DNA of 64,000 nt from Deltaproteobacteria bacterium (GTDB lineage: Bacteria > Desulfobacterota_D > UBA1144 > Nemesobacterales > CSP1-2): the NCBI GenBank assembly GCA_052390235.1, contig JBQTHB010000002.1, forward strand, positions 416,001 to 480,000. The letters run 5' to 3'. A model generated the notes under the pieces. That model searched no databases. It had not been told where the DNA came from and saw only the letters and a list, made by a program, of their open reading frames with translations. Position numbers and translations under genes: made by a program. The first letter of the stretch is position 1, and each line of letters opens with the position of its first letter. Below, one piece after another: positions 19,860 through 29,663 of this stretch.

Positions 19860-21518
19860 TCAGGGCTTTACCATCTGCCAGATGAAGGCGACGATTTTCG
19901 TCTCGCGGGAGGCGGCGAATTTTCTGTAGCGCTTGTAGTCGAGCAGTTTCCTGTCTATGAGGGCGATGTCGAGTTTCTCGTCGGGGATGGACTTAAAAGA
20001 CTCTGCGGGGCTCCCTTTCATTGCTCTTCTGCCCCTCTGCGTCCCGTTTGGAATCCATAAATTGGCGAAGCGGCTCGCCTCCTCCGCCTCGATTCCTCTT
20101 CTTCTAAGCTCTGCCGCGGGGAATATGAACTGTAAATCCGGGGCATTGTCGTCCAGTGCGCTCTCCCCCTGGACGAGGCGCAAGGCGAGCGCGGGGTTTT
20201 TCCCGATAATATCGGCGATGAAATCGGCGTCTGCGCTGGCAAAATTCAATATATTCGCCGCCCACTCCAGGGTTTCTTTGAGCGGGAATTTCGCGGCGCC
20301 TCCACTCATCAGCGCGGGCTTTAGAATATCATCAATGAGCTTCTCAATTCTGCTCTCCGGCGAGCGCGATAGGGGCGATGCGAGGGCAAGCAGGTAAACC
20401 GCTTTTTTCAGATTCTCCCTCTCGCCGTGGGGTTGCCCAGAGGCGTGAAAGAGGTAGTAAATTATCGGAAGCAGGTTGTTCGGGCTTTTGAGCAGTTTCC
20501 CGCTTTTAATACCGCATAGGTTTTGCGCTATGTCTAGGGCTTCGGCTACGGCGCGGCAGCAGCGAGAGAAATTCGCCTTGAGACTCTCTACGTTTCGGCG
20601 GCTTCTGAGGAGGTCAACATCGAATTTTCCGCCGAGGTCTGATACCGTAAGCAGGGAGCGGATAACGAAATCCGCGTCTAACCCGAAGGAGTTGCCCTGA
20701 TTAATATCCCTCACGAATTCAGGCAGGGTCTCTGTGGTTTCCTCCCAGTTGAGCTTGAGCATACTGAAAAACAGGTCTGAGCGGCTAAGGGGCGTCGCCT
20801 CGCGGTTTATCCTCATGAACGCCTCCAAAATATCGGACTCAGACTTTCTGTCGCGGCTCTCGCGGGGTTTGTACTCATCAATTGTCGTAACCTTGAGGAG
20901 GTTTCTATCGAGAAATATGGCGTCTCGGAGGGCGGAGAGATTAAAGCTCAGCCTGAGTTTGTCCTCGTCGCATAGGTTCATCTGCCTGTCCAGCTCTCTT
21001 TCGAGCCTCTGCCGCTCCCAAGCTCCCAAGGAGATTAGCTCCTGAACCCTGAGGTAGAATCGGCGCTCCCCGCTCCCAGATTCTGCGCGGGATCTCTCGT
21101 TAAGGACGAGAGCTTCTCTCTCGGTCGAGAAGCGAAATATGAATTTATCCTCCCTGAAATTTTCCTCGTCTCTGCCGCTTAGCGCATCGAAATAGAGGGC
21201 TTTGCCTTCATGCTCACCGTAGAGGGCTGTGTATAGGGCTTGGAGGCGCTGCTGACCATCTAGGACGAGCTTAAGCCTCCGGTGAGCGGGATTGTTCTGG
21301 AAAACGCGCTCGGCACCGGCGCAAAAATCCCTTGTAAAGAGCCTGTGGCGGATGTCGTTATATGTCTCCCAGAGGAAGATTATCCCTATCGGATAGCCGC
21401 GCATAATCGAGTCAAGCAGCTTCTCAATTTTCCCTTCCGACCACACGAAATCCCGCTGAATCGCTGGAAGCACGATTTCATCTCTTCTGATTTCCTCAAG
21501 CAAAACAGCTATGCTCAT
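19860..21518 (-). CDS. DUF262 (GmrS-like, ParB/Srx fold) protein with degenerate DUF1524-like C-terminus
   Basis: LPAIQRDFVW, LLDSIMRGYPIG, LDGQQRL, FMRINREATPLS. Confidence 0.85.
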   Translation of the reverse strand: MSIAVLLEEIRRDEIVLPAIQRDFVWSEGKIEKLLDSIMRGYPIGIIFLWETYNDIRHRLFTRDFCAGAERVFQNNPAHRRLKLVLDGQQRLQALYTALYGEHEGKALYFDALSGRDEENFREDKFIFRFSTEREALVLNERSRAESGSGERRFYLRVQELISLGAWERQRLERELDRQMNLCDEDKLRLSFNLSALRDAIFLDRNLLKVTTIDEYKPRESRDRKSESDILEAFMRINREATPLSRSDLFFSMLKLNWEETTETLPEFVRDINQGNSFGLDADFVIRSLLTVSDLGGKFDVDLLRSRRNVESLKANFSRCCRAVAEALDIAQNLCGIKSGKLLKSPNNLLPIIYYLFHASGQPHGERENLKKAVYLLALASPLSRSPESRIEKLIDDILKPALMSGGAAKFPLKETLEWAANILNFASADADFIADIIGKNPALALRLVQGESALDDNAPDLQFIFPAAELRRRGIEAEEASRFANLWIPNGTQRGRRAMKGSPAESFKSIPDEKLDIALIDRKLLDYKRYRKFAASRETKIVAFIWQMVKP

Positions 21519-21585
21519 GCTACTGGGCTCCTTTTCTAAGTGGTGAGTGATGAGTGGTTAGTTTCTAGTTTCGAGTCGCACGACG

Positions 21586-22161
21586 TCATGGTCTCAATAT
21601 CCCGATGTGCGGCAGATTTCGGTATTGCTGATTATAGTCCATTCCGTAGCCCACGACAAACTCGTCGAGAATCTCGAACCCAACGTAATCGGGGGCGATG
21701 TCCACACGCCTGCGCGCCTGTTTATCGAGGAGGACGCAGATTCGCACATCGGCGGGATTTCTCGCTCTGAGCCATTTCATCAGGTAATTGGCGGTGATTC
21801 CCGTGTCGAGAATATCCTCGACGATGACCACTCGCCGCTCACTTACGCTCTCGTCCAAGTCCTTCTGAATTTTGACTGCTCCAGTTTGTGAGCTGCCACA
21901 GTAGCTTGAAACCGAGATGAAATCGAGCGTTATGGGGATGGAAATCTCCCGAATCAGGTCTGCCAAAAATACGAACGAGCCTTTGAGCGTCCCCACAAGC
22001 ACGGGAGTCGTCCCCCGGTAGTCCTCGGTTATCCGCCGTCCCAGTTCCCGAACACGCGCCCGTATTTCGTCCTCTCCGAAGAGAATTCGGGTTATTTCTG
22101 AGTTATTTCCGGTATCCAAAGCCTGATGTCGCCCGTCATTTAGCATCGCCGCCCCTTGCAT
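21586..22161 (-). CDS. hpt: Hypoxanthine phosphoribosyltransferase
   Basis: LKGSFVFLADL, VVIVEDILDTGIT PRPP motif, FVVGYGMDY..YRNLP; start may be 22146. Confidence 0.95.
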   Translation of the reverse strand: MQGAAMLNDGRHQALDTGNNSEITRILFGEDEIRARVRELGRRITEDYRGTTPVLVGTLKGSFVFLADLIREISIPITLDFISVSSYCGSSQTGAVKIQKDLDESVSERRVVIVEDILDTGITANYLMKWLRARNPADVRICVLLDKQARRRVDIAPDYVGFEILDEFVVGYGMDYNQQYRNLPHIGILRP

Positions 22162-22203
22162 CCCGCTCTTTAGGCGAGATATTATATCGGATTTAGAAAT
22201 CCC

Positions 22204-23097
22204 ATGAAAATAGAGATTCTATATATCGCCGCCGCCGCCGCGCTCTATGGCACGATAACCGTAGGCGGGCAGTTTTTCCTCGATTCCGGCTTATCGCTAT
22301 TTGAGGCGTCGTTTCTGCGGGTTTCTCTTATAGCGCTCACTGTGCTTCCAGCCGCGCTTATTCGGCGCGAGTATTTAATTCGCCGCGAGAGGGTCCCGTT
22401 TTTTGCTGTGTTTGGACTCATTGGGGCGTCGCTCGTGCTTACTCAATTCGGGGGGATTGCCCTAGGTACTCCTGTGGCAGTCGCCGCGTTTCTGCTCTAC
22501 ACTCAGCCGGTGTGGACTATCTTCTTAAGTAAATTCCTGCTCGGCGAGGCTATAACCTCAAGGAAAATTATCGCCGCGCTAGTGGCCCTTCTAGGGGTTG
22601 GCGCGCTCGTAGGCTTGGGCGGCGGGGACTGCGATTCCTGCTCGGCGGCGGGGGTGGTCTGCTCGCTTTTTGGTGGATTGTTCCTCTCTCTGTGGGTGAT
22701 TTGGGGCAGAAAGAGCGCTATTGCCGGCGAGCATCAGGTAACTGCGACCCTTGGATGGACGGCTTTTTCCGCGCTCTGGATGATGGCGCTCTTCCCCGTG
22801 CTGAGGGGCTTAATCGCGGATGAGCGGATGATTAGCCTCAGCCTTGATTTTCCGGCTGAGACGTGGGGGTATCTGCTGGTGTTTGCTCTAATTGGCGGGG
22901 TGATCGCGCATCTGCTCTTTTACCGCGGGATTCGGGGGGTCTGCGCCTCGACCGCCGGAGTGATACTCCTACTTGAGCCGGCGAGCGCGGCGGTTATTGC
23001 GGCTCTGTGGTTCAGCCAGCCCATAGGCGCGGGAGTTATCGCTGGCGGGTCGCTGATACTTATCTCCAACTACCTCGTCGTAACAGAGCGGGTTTAG
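22204..23097 (+). CDS. DMT/EamA family transporter
   Basis: About 10 hydrophobic segments in two EamA halves; LLYTQPVW, LLLEP. Confidence 0.85.
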   Translation: MKIEILYIAAAAALYGTITVGGQFFLDSGLSLFEASFLRVSLIALTVLPAALIRREYLIRRERVPFFAVFGLIGASLVLTQFGGIALGTPVAVAAFLLYTQPVWTIFLSKFLLGEAITSRKIIAALVALLGVGALVGLGGGDCDSCSAAGVVCSLFGGLFLSLWVIWGRKSAIAGEHQVTATLGWTAFSALWMMALFPVLRGLIADERMISLSLDFPAETWGYLLVFALIGGVIAHLLFYRGIRGVCASTAGVILLLEPASAAVIAALWFSQPIGAGVIAGGSLILISNYLVVTERV

Positions 23098-23113
23098 GGC
23101 GGCGGGGGGCGGC

Positions 23114-23545
23114 TCACTCCCTCTTTAAAATAATATCGTCAACCAGCCACTTGCCGTCGAATCGCTTGAGCAGGAAAAGCTCGGTTTGCGCCAGCGCGCC
23201 ATCGGCGCTTTCGGTCTCGGATTTCACCAGTGCCTGAGCCCTGTCCCCTTGCTCTTTAATCTGGACTATCTGGTAGGACAGTAGCCTATACTTAGCCAAG
23301 CCGGCTCGCTCCTGCGTATAAGACGCCCACAGCTCTTTCGAGATGCCTTCTCTGAAATCAAGGGTGGTTAGGCGCGCGGCTCGCTTCATGTTATTTCCGT
23401 AGAATTTCATCCAATCCGATACCGTTTCGGAGGGAGAGCCTTTCTGCGGCGCAGGAGGCTCGCTCACTTCAGCAAGGGCGCATCCCCCTGCCAGCATAAA
23501 AATCACGATAAAATAAACTGCCATAGATAAAGCGAATCTCCTCAT
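23114..23545 (-). CDS. Exported hypothetical protein (possible NTF2-like fold)
   Basis: ATG 23545 after GGAGG; signal peptide; C-terminal LKRFDGKWLV strand typical of NTF2-like proteins. Confidence 0.6.
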   Translation of the reverse strand: MRRFALSMAVYFIVIFMLAGGCALAEVSEPPAPQKGSPSETVSDWMKFYGNNMKRAARLTTLDFREGISKELWASYTQERAGLAKYRLLSYQIVQIKEQGDRAQALVKSETESADGALAQTELFLLKRFDGKWLVDDIILKRE

Positions 23546-23583
23546 GCCGTTCCTCCCCCCCCCACTGCGCGCGCGCCCCCCTC

Positions 23584-24360
23584 TCATTGGACGGCGGATG
23601 TGTCAATCTCGCCGGCGGTCTTCTTGCCTATCTCGTCCCATTTCGCCCCGAAGGCTTCGAGTATTATTTTCGCCTCGCTGAATTTCTCATCGCTAATGAG
23701 GTGCAGAGCGTCCCAGATCTCTTTCACGGACTGCTCGTTTCTGAGCGTATAGGGGTGAATAAAAGAGCATATCTCGCCGTAATCGAGGGTTATTCTCGCG
23801 CTGGAATCGAACCCCAAGAGCCACCGGCGCATATTGAGGACTGACTCCGGCATCGCCCACAGCCTCCTGAACGAGGGGGATTTTATTTGATTTGCGTGCT
23901 TAATGAGGGCTTGCTCTACTAGCTCTTCGGCCGTTTTGAGCCTGCCCGCGCCGAGGGAAATTTTCGTGCTGTAGTATATTCCATCGGCTTGCACTGTGCC
24001 GAATCCCGTGTGGGTGTAGGTGAATCCCCTATCACCGTCCGAGAACATCAGTAGCCACTCAAGCGGGATGCCGTTGTCGTGGCTTACGATGTTTTCCCCC
24101 CCTTCGTTGAGAGGGCAGATGTAGTAATTTCCGTTCTCGTCCTTGGTGAAGAAGCAGTCGCGAATGTCTCTATTCTCCATGCCGAGGTATTTGGATATCG
24201 CCTCTTTGAATTCCTGATAGTCCCTCCCGTACCACGTTGAATGGGGGCTTGAGGGGGCATCCCAATATTGCTCAAAAAATGATACGTACTCGCGCCAATA
24301 GTCTCTTTTGTGTCTAATTTTATCAAGAGGTTCATACACGATAACGATGCTGCGTGCCAT
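23584..24360 (-). CDS. Hypothetical protein (258 aa)
   Basis: Long ORF with protein-like composition filling the gap; upstream TTGACT promoter-like element; no recognised motif. Confidence 0.7.
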   Translation of the reverse strand: MARSIVIVYEPLDKIRHKRDYWREYVSFFEQYWDAPSSPHSTWYGRDYQEFKEAISKYLGMENRDIRDCFFTKDENGNYYICPLNEGGENIVSHDNGIPLEWLLMFSDGDRGFTYTHTGFGTVQADGIYYSTKISLGAGRLKTAEELVEQALIKHANQIKSPSFRRLWAMPESVLNMRRWLLGFDSSARITLDYGEICSFIHPYTLRNEQSVKEIWDALHLISDEKFSEAKIILEAFGAKWDEIGKKTAGEIDTSAVQ

Positions 24361-24483
24361 GGGTGAATCTTTTATATGAATTTGCGGCTAAAGTCAACAT
24401 TCCCCGGCGCCCAGGGTTTGTGATTCAGGCGGTATCGCCAGAGTATTGCCCTGAGTATTTCAGCGGGGCGTGGGTGATTGGGG

Positions 24484-25113
24484 TCAATCGAGTAGCTTGG
24501 TTTTCAGCACGTAATAGGTCAACTCCGCGTTGGTTTTCATCCTCATTTTATCGAGAATACGGGCGCGGTAGGTGCTGACGGTCTTGACGCTGAGAAAAAT
24601 CTTATCCGAGATTTCTTTAATGGTTTTGCCTGAAGCGATGAGGCACATTACCTGAAATTCCCTGTTCGAGAGCGTCTCATGAGGGGGTTTTTCCTCGAGT
24701 TCTAAGTCAAATGCGAGCCGCTCGGCGAGTTGCTGGCTTACGTATTTCCCCCCGGCAACCACTTTTCTTATAGCCTTTACAAGCTCTGCGGGGGCGCTCT
24801 CTTTGGTCATATAGCCTGCCGCGCCGGATTTCAGTACCCTCACGGCGTACTGCTCCTCGGAATAGACGCTCAGAATCAGCACCGGGAGTTTCGGATAGTC
24901 TCTTTTGATCTGCTTGAGTACCTCTAGCCCGCTCGCATCGGGCATGGAAATATCGAGAATGATTAAATCCCATTCCTGCTTTCTGGCAAGCTCCAGGGTT
25001 TCCCTCGCATCTCTCGCCTCGCCCACAACTTCCATATTTGGCTCTTCGCCCACGATTTGCCTCAGCCCGCTTCTGACTATCGGGTGGTCGTCTGCAATGA
25101 GAATTTTTATCAT
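24484..25113 (-). CDS. NarL/LuxR family response regulator
   Basis: IADDHPIVR, LDISMP, LSNREFQV, LSVKTVSTYRARI. Confidence 0.94.
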   Translation of the reverse strand: MIKILIADDHPIVRSGLRQIVGEEPNMEVVGEARDARETLELARKQEWDLIILDISMPDASGLEVLKQIKRDYPKLPVLILSVYSEEQYAVRVLKSGAAGYMTKESAPAELVKAIRKVVAGGKYVSQQLAERLAFDLELEEKPPHETLSNREFQVMCLIASGKTIKEISDKIFLSVKTVSTYRARILDKMRMKTNAELTYYVLKTKLLD

Positions 25114-25116
25114 TCC

Positions 25117-27012
25117 TCACCCTCCAAGCGGTATCCTAAGGGACACTGTCGTGCCTCGTTCGCGTCTTCCGGCGATTTTTACCTCCCCCCCAAGAACGAC
25201 GGCGCGCTCTCTCATTCCCAGAAGCCCCAGCGACTTTGTAGCGGAAATCTCCTCTTTCGTAATTCCTACGCCGTTGTCCCTTACCTCCAGCATGATGTTG
25301 CCCTCGTCCCTTTTGAGGATGGCGCTGACGCGGGTTGCGCGGGAGTGGCGGGCGATGTTGGTTAGGGTCTCTTGGAATATGCGAAATACCGCCGTGGCGC
25401 GCTCCTGGTTAAGGGCAATGTCCTCGATATTGCGCGAGAATCTGCATTTAATCCCCGTGCGCCCCTCGAAATCCTGCGCCTGCCACTCTATCGCCGCCGC
25501 GAGGCCTAAGTCGTCGAGGACGCCGGGGCGAAGCTCGGTAGCGATTCTACGCACGGTCTGGATTGTCTCGTCAACCATATCGGACATGGTCTCGATTTTC
25601 TCGATTAGGACGTGTTCTGCCGTTGGTTTTGCATTTGTTCTTGAGATTCGGCTTTTAAGCCACGATAAATCCATTTTAAGCCCCGTCAAAAGCTGACCAA
25701 GCACGTCGTGAACCTCGCGGGCGATTCCCTTTCTCTCCTCCTCCCGCACGGACTGCAAATGCCCAGCCAACGCCCGAAGTTGCTCCCTTGAGGCGCTTAA
25801 GTCCTTCTCGGCGCGCATTCGATAGGCTATTTCCCCGATGAGCCTCGCGTTAATGTCCGTGAGTTCGGCTGTGCGCTCATCCACCTTCGCTTCAAGCTCC
25901 TCTTTGGATTTCCTAAGAGCCTCTTCGGATTTCCTGAGCGCCTCGGCTTGCTTTGCGTTGTTTATCGCCATTCCGATTTGCCGCCCCATGGTTTCCATGA
26001 GTTTTAGTTCTTCTTCGTCGAAGGCGTTTTTCTGGAGCGAGTTGATGTTGATACTCCCCACAGTCTCGCCCCCTAGGAATATCGGCATTGAGGCGTAGCT
26101 CTTTGTTCCCATCTCGCGCCCCGCCCTGCCAATGACGGTATCCGAATCCGTATCGGGGCAGTAAATAGGCTTTCCCTCGATAATCGTCTTCCAAGTAAAA
26201 CCGCTTGGATAGGGGATTTGACGCACCCGCTTCGCCCACCACGCCGGATACCCGCGGTGCGCTGTGAGAGTCGCCTCCTTGGGGTCTGCATCCGCATCAA
26301 CTAAATAAATAGAGACGTTGTCAACCCCTTCGATGTTCGCGCTCATAGCATCAACGGCGTTCTCTAAAACGTCCTCAACGTTAATTGATTTGTGGATGCT
26401 CCTGATGACGATATTGACTATCGCTTCATAGCGGCTTTTTCTGGACAGATGCGCGAGCGTCTCCTTGATGCTTCTGTCCTGCTCCCTCATCTCCTCGAAC
26501 GTTCTTGCCCTTGCTATGGCAATGGAGATTTGGCTCCCAAGGGTGGAGAGGAGTTTTATCTCGCGCAGGGTGAATTTGCGCTCCTTGTAGCTTATGAACC
26601 AGATGACGCCTATTGTTTTTTCCTGCAGCGTTATGGGAACGACAAGAGCGCCGTGATGCCCGAGTTCCCTTCCCGCAGGGCCAATGTCGGGGTCTTTTTG
26701 CACGTCTTCGATGTTGAGGATTTTCCCAGCGGCAATGGCTTTCCAAGTTAGCCCTTTTCCTTCAGGAATCCTCCCGGCGCGTTCAATAAATGCGCGGGGA
26801 AAATTCCTCTCGGCTTGAAGCACCGCTTCCCGCGTCCTCTCATCTACGAGATAAATCGAGGACATATCCACATTTTCAAGCTCGGTAACGGAGTCGAGGG
26901 CGACCTTATACACTTCGTGGAGGTCAAAGGACTTATGCACGGCTTGAACGACGCTTACGAGGATTTTTAAATCCTTTCCTCCGTGCTGGCTCATTTGCCC
27001 ATAAAATTCCAC
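25117..27012 (-). CDS. Cytoplasmic GAF-GAF histidine kinase (HisKA_3, NarX/UhpB-type)
   Basis: Two GAF repeats; EEERKGIAREVHDVLGQ, RIFQETLTNIARHS, DNGVG, GLLGMRERA. Confidence 0.92.
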   Translation of the reverse strand: MEFYGQMSQHGGKDLKILVSVVQAVHKSFDLHEVYKVALDSVTELENVDMSSIYLVDERTREAVLQAERNFPRAFIERAGRIPEGKGLTWKAIAAGKILNIEDVQKDPDIGPAGRELGHHGALVVPITLQEKTIGVIWFISYKERKFTLREIKLLSTLGSQISIAIARARTFEEMREQDRSIKETLAHLSRKSRYEAIVNIVIRSIHKSINVEDVLENAVDAMSANIEGVDNVSIYLVDADADPKEATLTAHRGYPAWWAKRVRQIPYPSGFTWKTIIEGKPIYCPDTDSDTVIGRAGREMGTKSYASMPIFLGGETVGSININSLQKNAFDEEELKLMETMGRQIGMAINNAKQAEALRKSEEALRKSKEELEAKVDERTAELTDINARLIGEIAYRMRAEKDLSASREQLRALAGHLQSVREEERKGIAREVHDVLGQLLTGLKMDLSWLKSRISRTNAKPTAEHVLIEKIETMSDMVDETIQTVRRIATELRPGVLDDLGLAAAIEWQAQDFEGRTGIKCRFSRNIEDIALNQERATAVFRIFQETLTNIARHSRATRVSAILKRDEGNIMLEVRDNGVGITKEEISATKSLGLLGMRERAVVLGGEVKIAGRRERGTTVSLRIPLGG

Positions 27013-27042
27013 TTTGCGGAGTCCTCCAAGAGGGTGGGGGGA

Positions 27043-27237
27043 TTAAATCTTTCGCCAAAACATCGCTATCAGGGCAACCGCCGCCCCCAAGGCGAAGAAA
27101 ATCAAATACATGATGAACGCCGAAGCCGAAAAGCTCCAGAAAAAGAAATTTACGTCAATCGTCTTTGCGTTCTGAAACAGCGCTATCGCCGTCAATACGA
27201 ATAAAATGGTCAGCGCCATGACCTTCGGGCTTTTCAT
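27043..27237 (-). CDS. Small membrane protein, LapA/DUF1049-like
   Basis: ATG 27237 after GGAGGAG; two TM segments with FQN..IDVNFFFW. Confidence 0.7.
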   Translation of the reverse strand: MKSPKVMALTILFVLTAIALFQNAKTIDVNFFFWSFSASAFIMYLIFFALGAAVALIAMFWRKI

Positions 27238-27368
27238 CGGCTCTCCTCCCCAGCGCGCAGTGTTTTTATTAGGTCCCGAAATCGAGCTCGTATCTACGTC
27301 CTGCGCGCCGCCCGCTCTCAGTATAGAACTTTTAATAGTGTCCCGCAATGTGTAGTATTGTACTCGCC

Positions 27369-28319
27369 ATGCCCCGTAGCGCCCACAATCACTCATCCCC
27401 CGAATTAGGCGGCTCTCGCGGCAGGGGCAGGCTCGTAGCCGTTCTATGTATCAGCGCCGGGTTTATGTTTGTTGAAGCCGCCGCCGGAATTTACACCGCA
27501 AGCCTCGCCCTGCTGTCCGATGCGGCGCATATGCTCGCCGATGTTTTCGCCCTCTCCGTAGCGCTTTTTGCCCTGTGGTTCAGCCGCAGACCCTCGACCC
27601 CGACAAACACCTTCGGATTCCACAGAGCCGAGGTGCTTGCCGCGTTTTTCAATGGGGTTCTTCTGCTCTTGATTTCGGCGGGGATTTGCGCCGAGGCTTA
27701 CGGCAGATTCCGAAATCCGGGGGAGATAAAGAGCCTTGAGATGACCGCAGTTGCCTCGGTTGGGCTGGTTGTAAACGTCGTCGGGGCGTATCTGCTTGCC
27801 GGGGTTCACGCTCAGAGTCTCAATATGCGCGGGGCGTTTCTCCATGTTCTGGGGGATGCTCTGGGCTCCGTCGGGGCTATAGCGGCGGGTCTTATCATCC
27901 TCAAGACCGGATGGGTCTATGCGGACTCTGTCGTGAGCGTTTTCGTTGCCCTGATAATTGCCCTAAATTCGCAGAAACTCATCCGCGAGTCGGCGCACAT
28001 TCTGCTTGAGGGAGCGCCAAAGAGGGTCAATCTCAAATCCATTGAGAGCGAGATTGCCTCTCACGAGGGGGTTTGCGGCGTGCATGACCTCCACGTATGG
28101 ACTCTCGCCGAGGGCTTTGAAGCTATGAGCGCGCATCTGGTAATTGACAACATCGCCAAGAGCGAGGGTATAGTTCACGAAATAACTCACCGCATCATAG
28201 AGAAATTTGGAATCAGCCACATTACGCTTCAGGTTGAAACCGTAAAGCGCCGCTCGCATCACGATGAGACGAAGCGCTGCGAGATGAAAGCGCCCCCCAT
28301 TTACGATGAGAGCGTATAG
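27369..28319 (+). CDS. Cation diffusion facilitator (CzcD/ZitB-like Zn/Co/Cd exporter)
   Basis: SLALLSDAAHMLAD, FGFHRAEVLAA, NMRGAFLHVLGD, VHDLHVW, HITLQVE. Confidence 0.92.
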   Translation: MPRSAHNHSSPELGGSRGRGRLVAVLCISAGFMFVEAAAGIYTASLALLSDAAHMLADVFALSVALFALWFSRRPSTPTNTFGFHRAEVLAAFFNGVLLLLISAGICAEAYGRFRNPGEIKSLEMTAVASVGLVVNVVGAYLLAGVHAQSLNMRGAFLHVLGDALGSVGAIAAGLIILKTGWVYADSVVSVFVALIIALNSQKLIRESAHILLEGAPKRVNLKSIESEIASHEGVCGVHDLHVWTLAEGFEAMSAHLVIDNIAKSEGIVHEITHRIIEKFGISHITLQVETVKRRSHHDETKRCEMKAPPIYDESV

Positions 28320-28343
28320 GGGATTGAGCCTGCCCCCCCGGAG

Positions 28344-29594
28344 CTAGGATGACGCCCCTTCGATTTCCCTCAGAAGCTCCTGCGCAAGGGTTTTCATCTC
28401 TTCTGAAACTTCCTTTAGCTCCGGTTTTAGAGCTATATATGTTTCGAGGGCTTCGATAATCCCAGAGGCTTTAGAAATCTCCGTCTGCCGCCCCGCCCTT
28501 TGCTGGCTCTCGAATATGCTTTCAATTTTTATTGAGTGAGCGTCGCCGAGCAGTTCTCGGATTCTCTTCTCATCCGCCGCCTCTGACTCTCGGCTCAAAC
28601 CCCTGCGCCTGACCCTCACAACCGCCTCCGATACGCTATCTGCGCCAATTCGGGCGAGTATGGCTCTTTCAACCTCCCTGTCGTCTCCCTCGACATCTAT
28701 CGTAACGAACCTCCTCGCGGGGGTTTCAATGAATTCAAAATCGCACGTCCACCCCCCTACCGCCTCCTCCGATATTGTTCCCAGCACGAAACCCTTTTTC
28801 TCCTTTTCCTCTGAGAAATCAATCCTCTCGACGCTTCCTGAATAAATCACGGGCGGCGATGAGAGCTTATTGAGATTCTGAAACCTGTGTATGTGTCCGA
28901 GGGCGACGTAGGCGAACGCCGAATTCCTAAGCTCGCTTGCCGGTACTGCCGGGTCGGATATGAGCAGGGTTGATGCCTCCGTGCCTGAGCGCTCGGCTTC
29001 CCTGGTTGCCAGATGCCCTAGGAACAGCGCGGGGATGGATTTATCAATCCTCTCGGTGAAATCCCTGATAATTCCAATCAGCATCCGCTCCATCGCCGAT
29101 TGAAGCTCCTGTGGAGAGAGGGATTTGTACGCCTCTTTCGTAAGCAGAGCGCTCCGTCCTGCCCACGGCAGGCACGCCGCCTGAACCCACCCGCTCTTTG
29201 TCTCGATTCTAAGTAAATCCGGCTTCTTGGCAACGTGGACTCCCCTCAAGCCAAGCGCGGGGAATATCTCCACGGCGGCGGCTCTGCCAAATCCTCCGGC
29301 GTAGTCGTGGTTGCCGAGGACAATGACAACTCTACAGCTAGCTTCGTCGGCAAGCCTAGCAATACGCCTCGCAAATTCCGTCTCTTCGGTAGGGTGCGGG
29401 TTGCCTCGGTGAAAAACGTCTCCGGCGATGAGAACCAAATCCACGCACTCCCTCACCGCCGCATCAACAATAAAATCGAGCGAGCCGAGGACATCTTCGA
29501 GGCGGGTGTTTCTTCCCGTGCGCGGGTTGATTTTCCCGTGAGTTTCAAATCCGATGTGTAAATCTGAGAGGTGAATAAATTTGATGGGTTTCAA
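28344..29594 (-). CDS. sbcD: SbcD/Mre11 family nuclease subunit
   Basis: HLSDLHIG, AGDVFH, GNHD, YVALGHIH, YSGSVERIDFSE. Confidence 0.88.
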   Translation of the reverse strand: MKPIKFIHLSDLHIGFETHGKINPRTGRNTRLEDVLGSLDFIVDAAVRECVDLVLIAGDVFHRGNPHPTEETEFARRIARLADEASCRVVIVLGNHDYAGGFGRAAAVEIFPALGLRGVHVAKKPDLLRIETKSGWVQAACLPWAGRSALLTKEAYKSLSPQELQSAMERMLIGIIRDFTERIDKSIPALFLGHLATREAERSGTEASTLLISDPAVPASELRNSAFAYVALGHIHRFQNLNKLSSPPVIYSGSVERIDFSEEKEKKGFVLGTISEEAVGGWTCDFEFIETPARRFVTIDVEGDDREVERAILARIGADSVSEAVVRVRRRGLSRESEAADEKRIRELLGDAHSIKIESIFESQQRAGRQTEISKASGIIEALETYIALKPELKEVSEEMKTLAQELLREIEGASS

Positions 29595-29663
29595 TTTTCT
29601 GGAGGGGTTTTAGCGGGGTAGGGGGGGACGCTCAGGCGACCCTCCCTCTTTTCCCTTTTAGTG

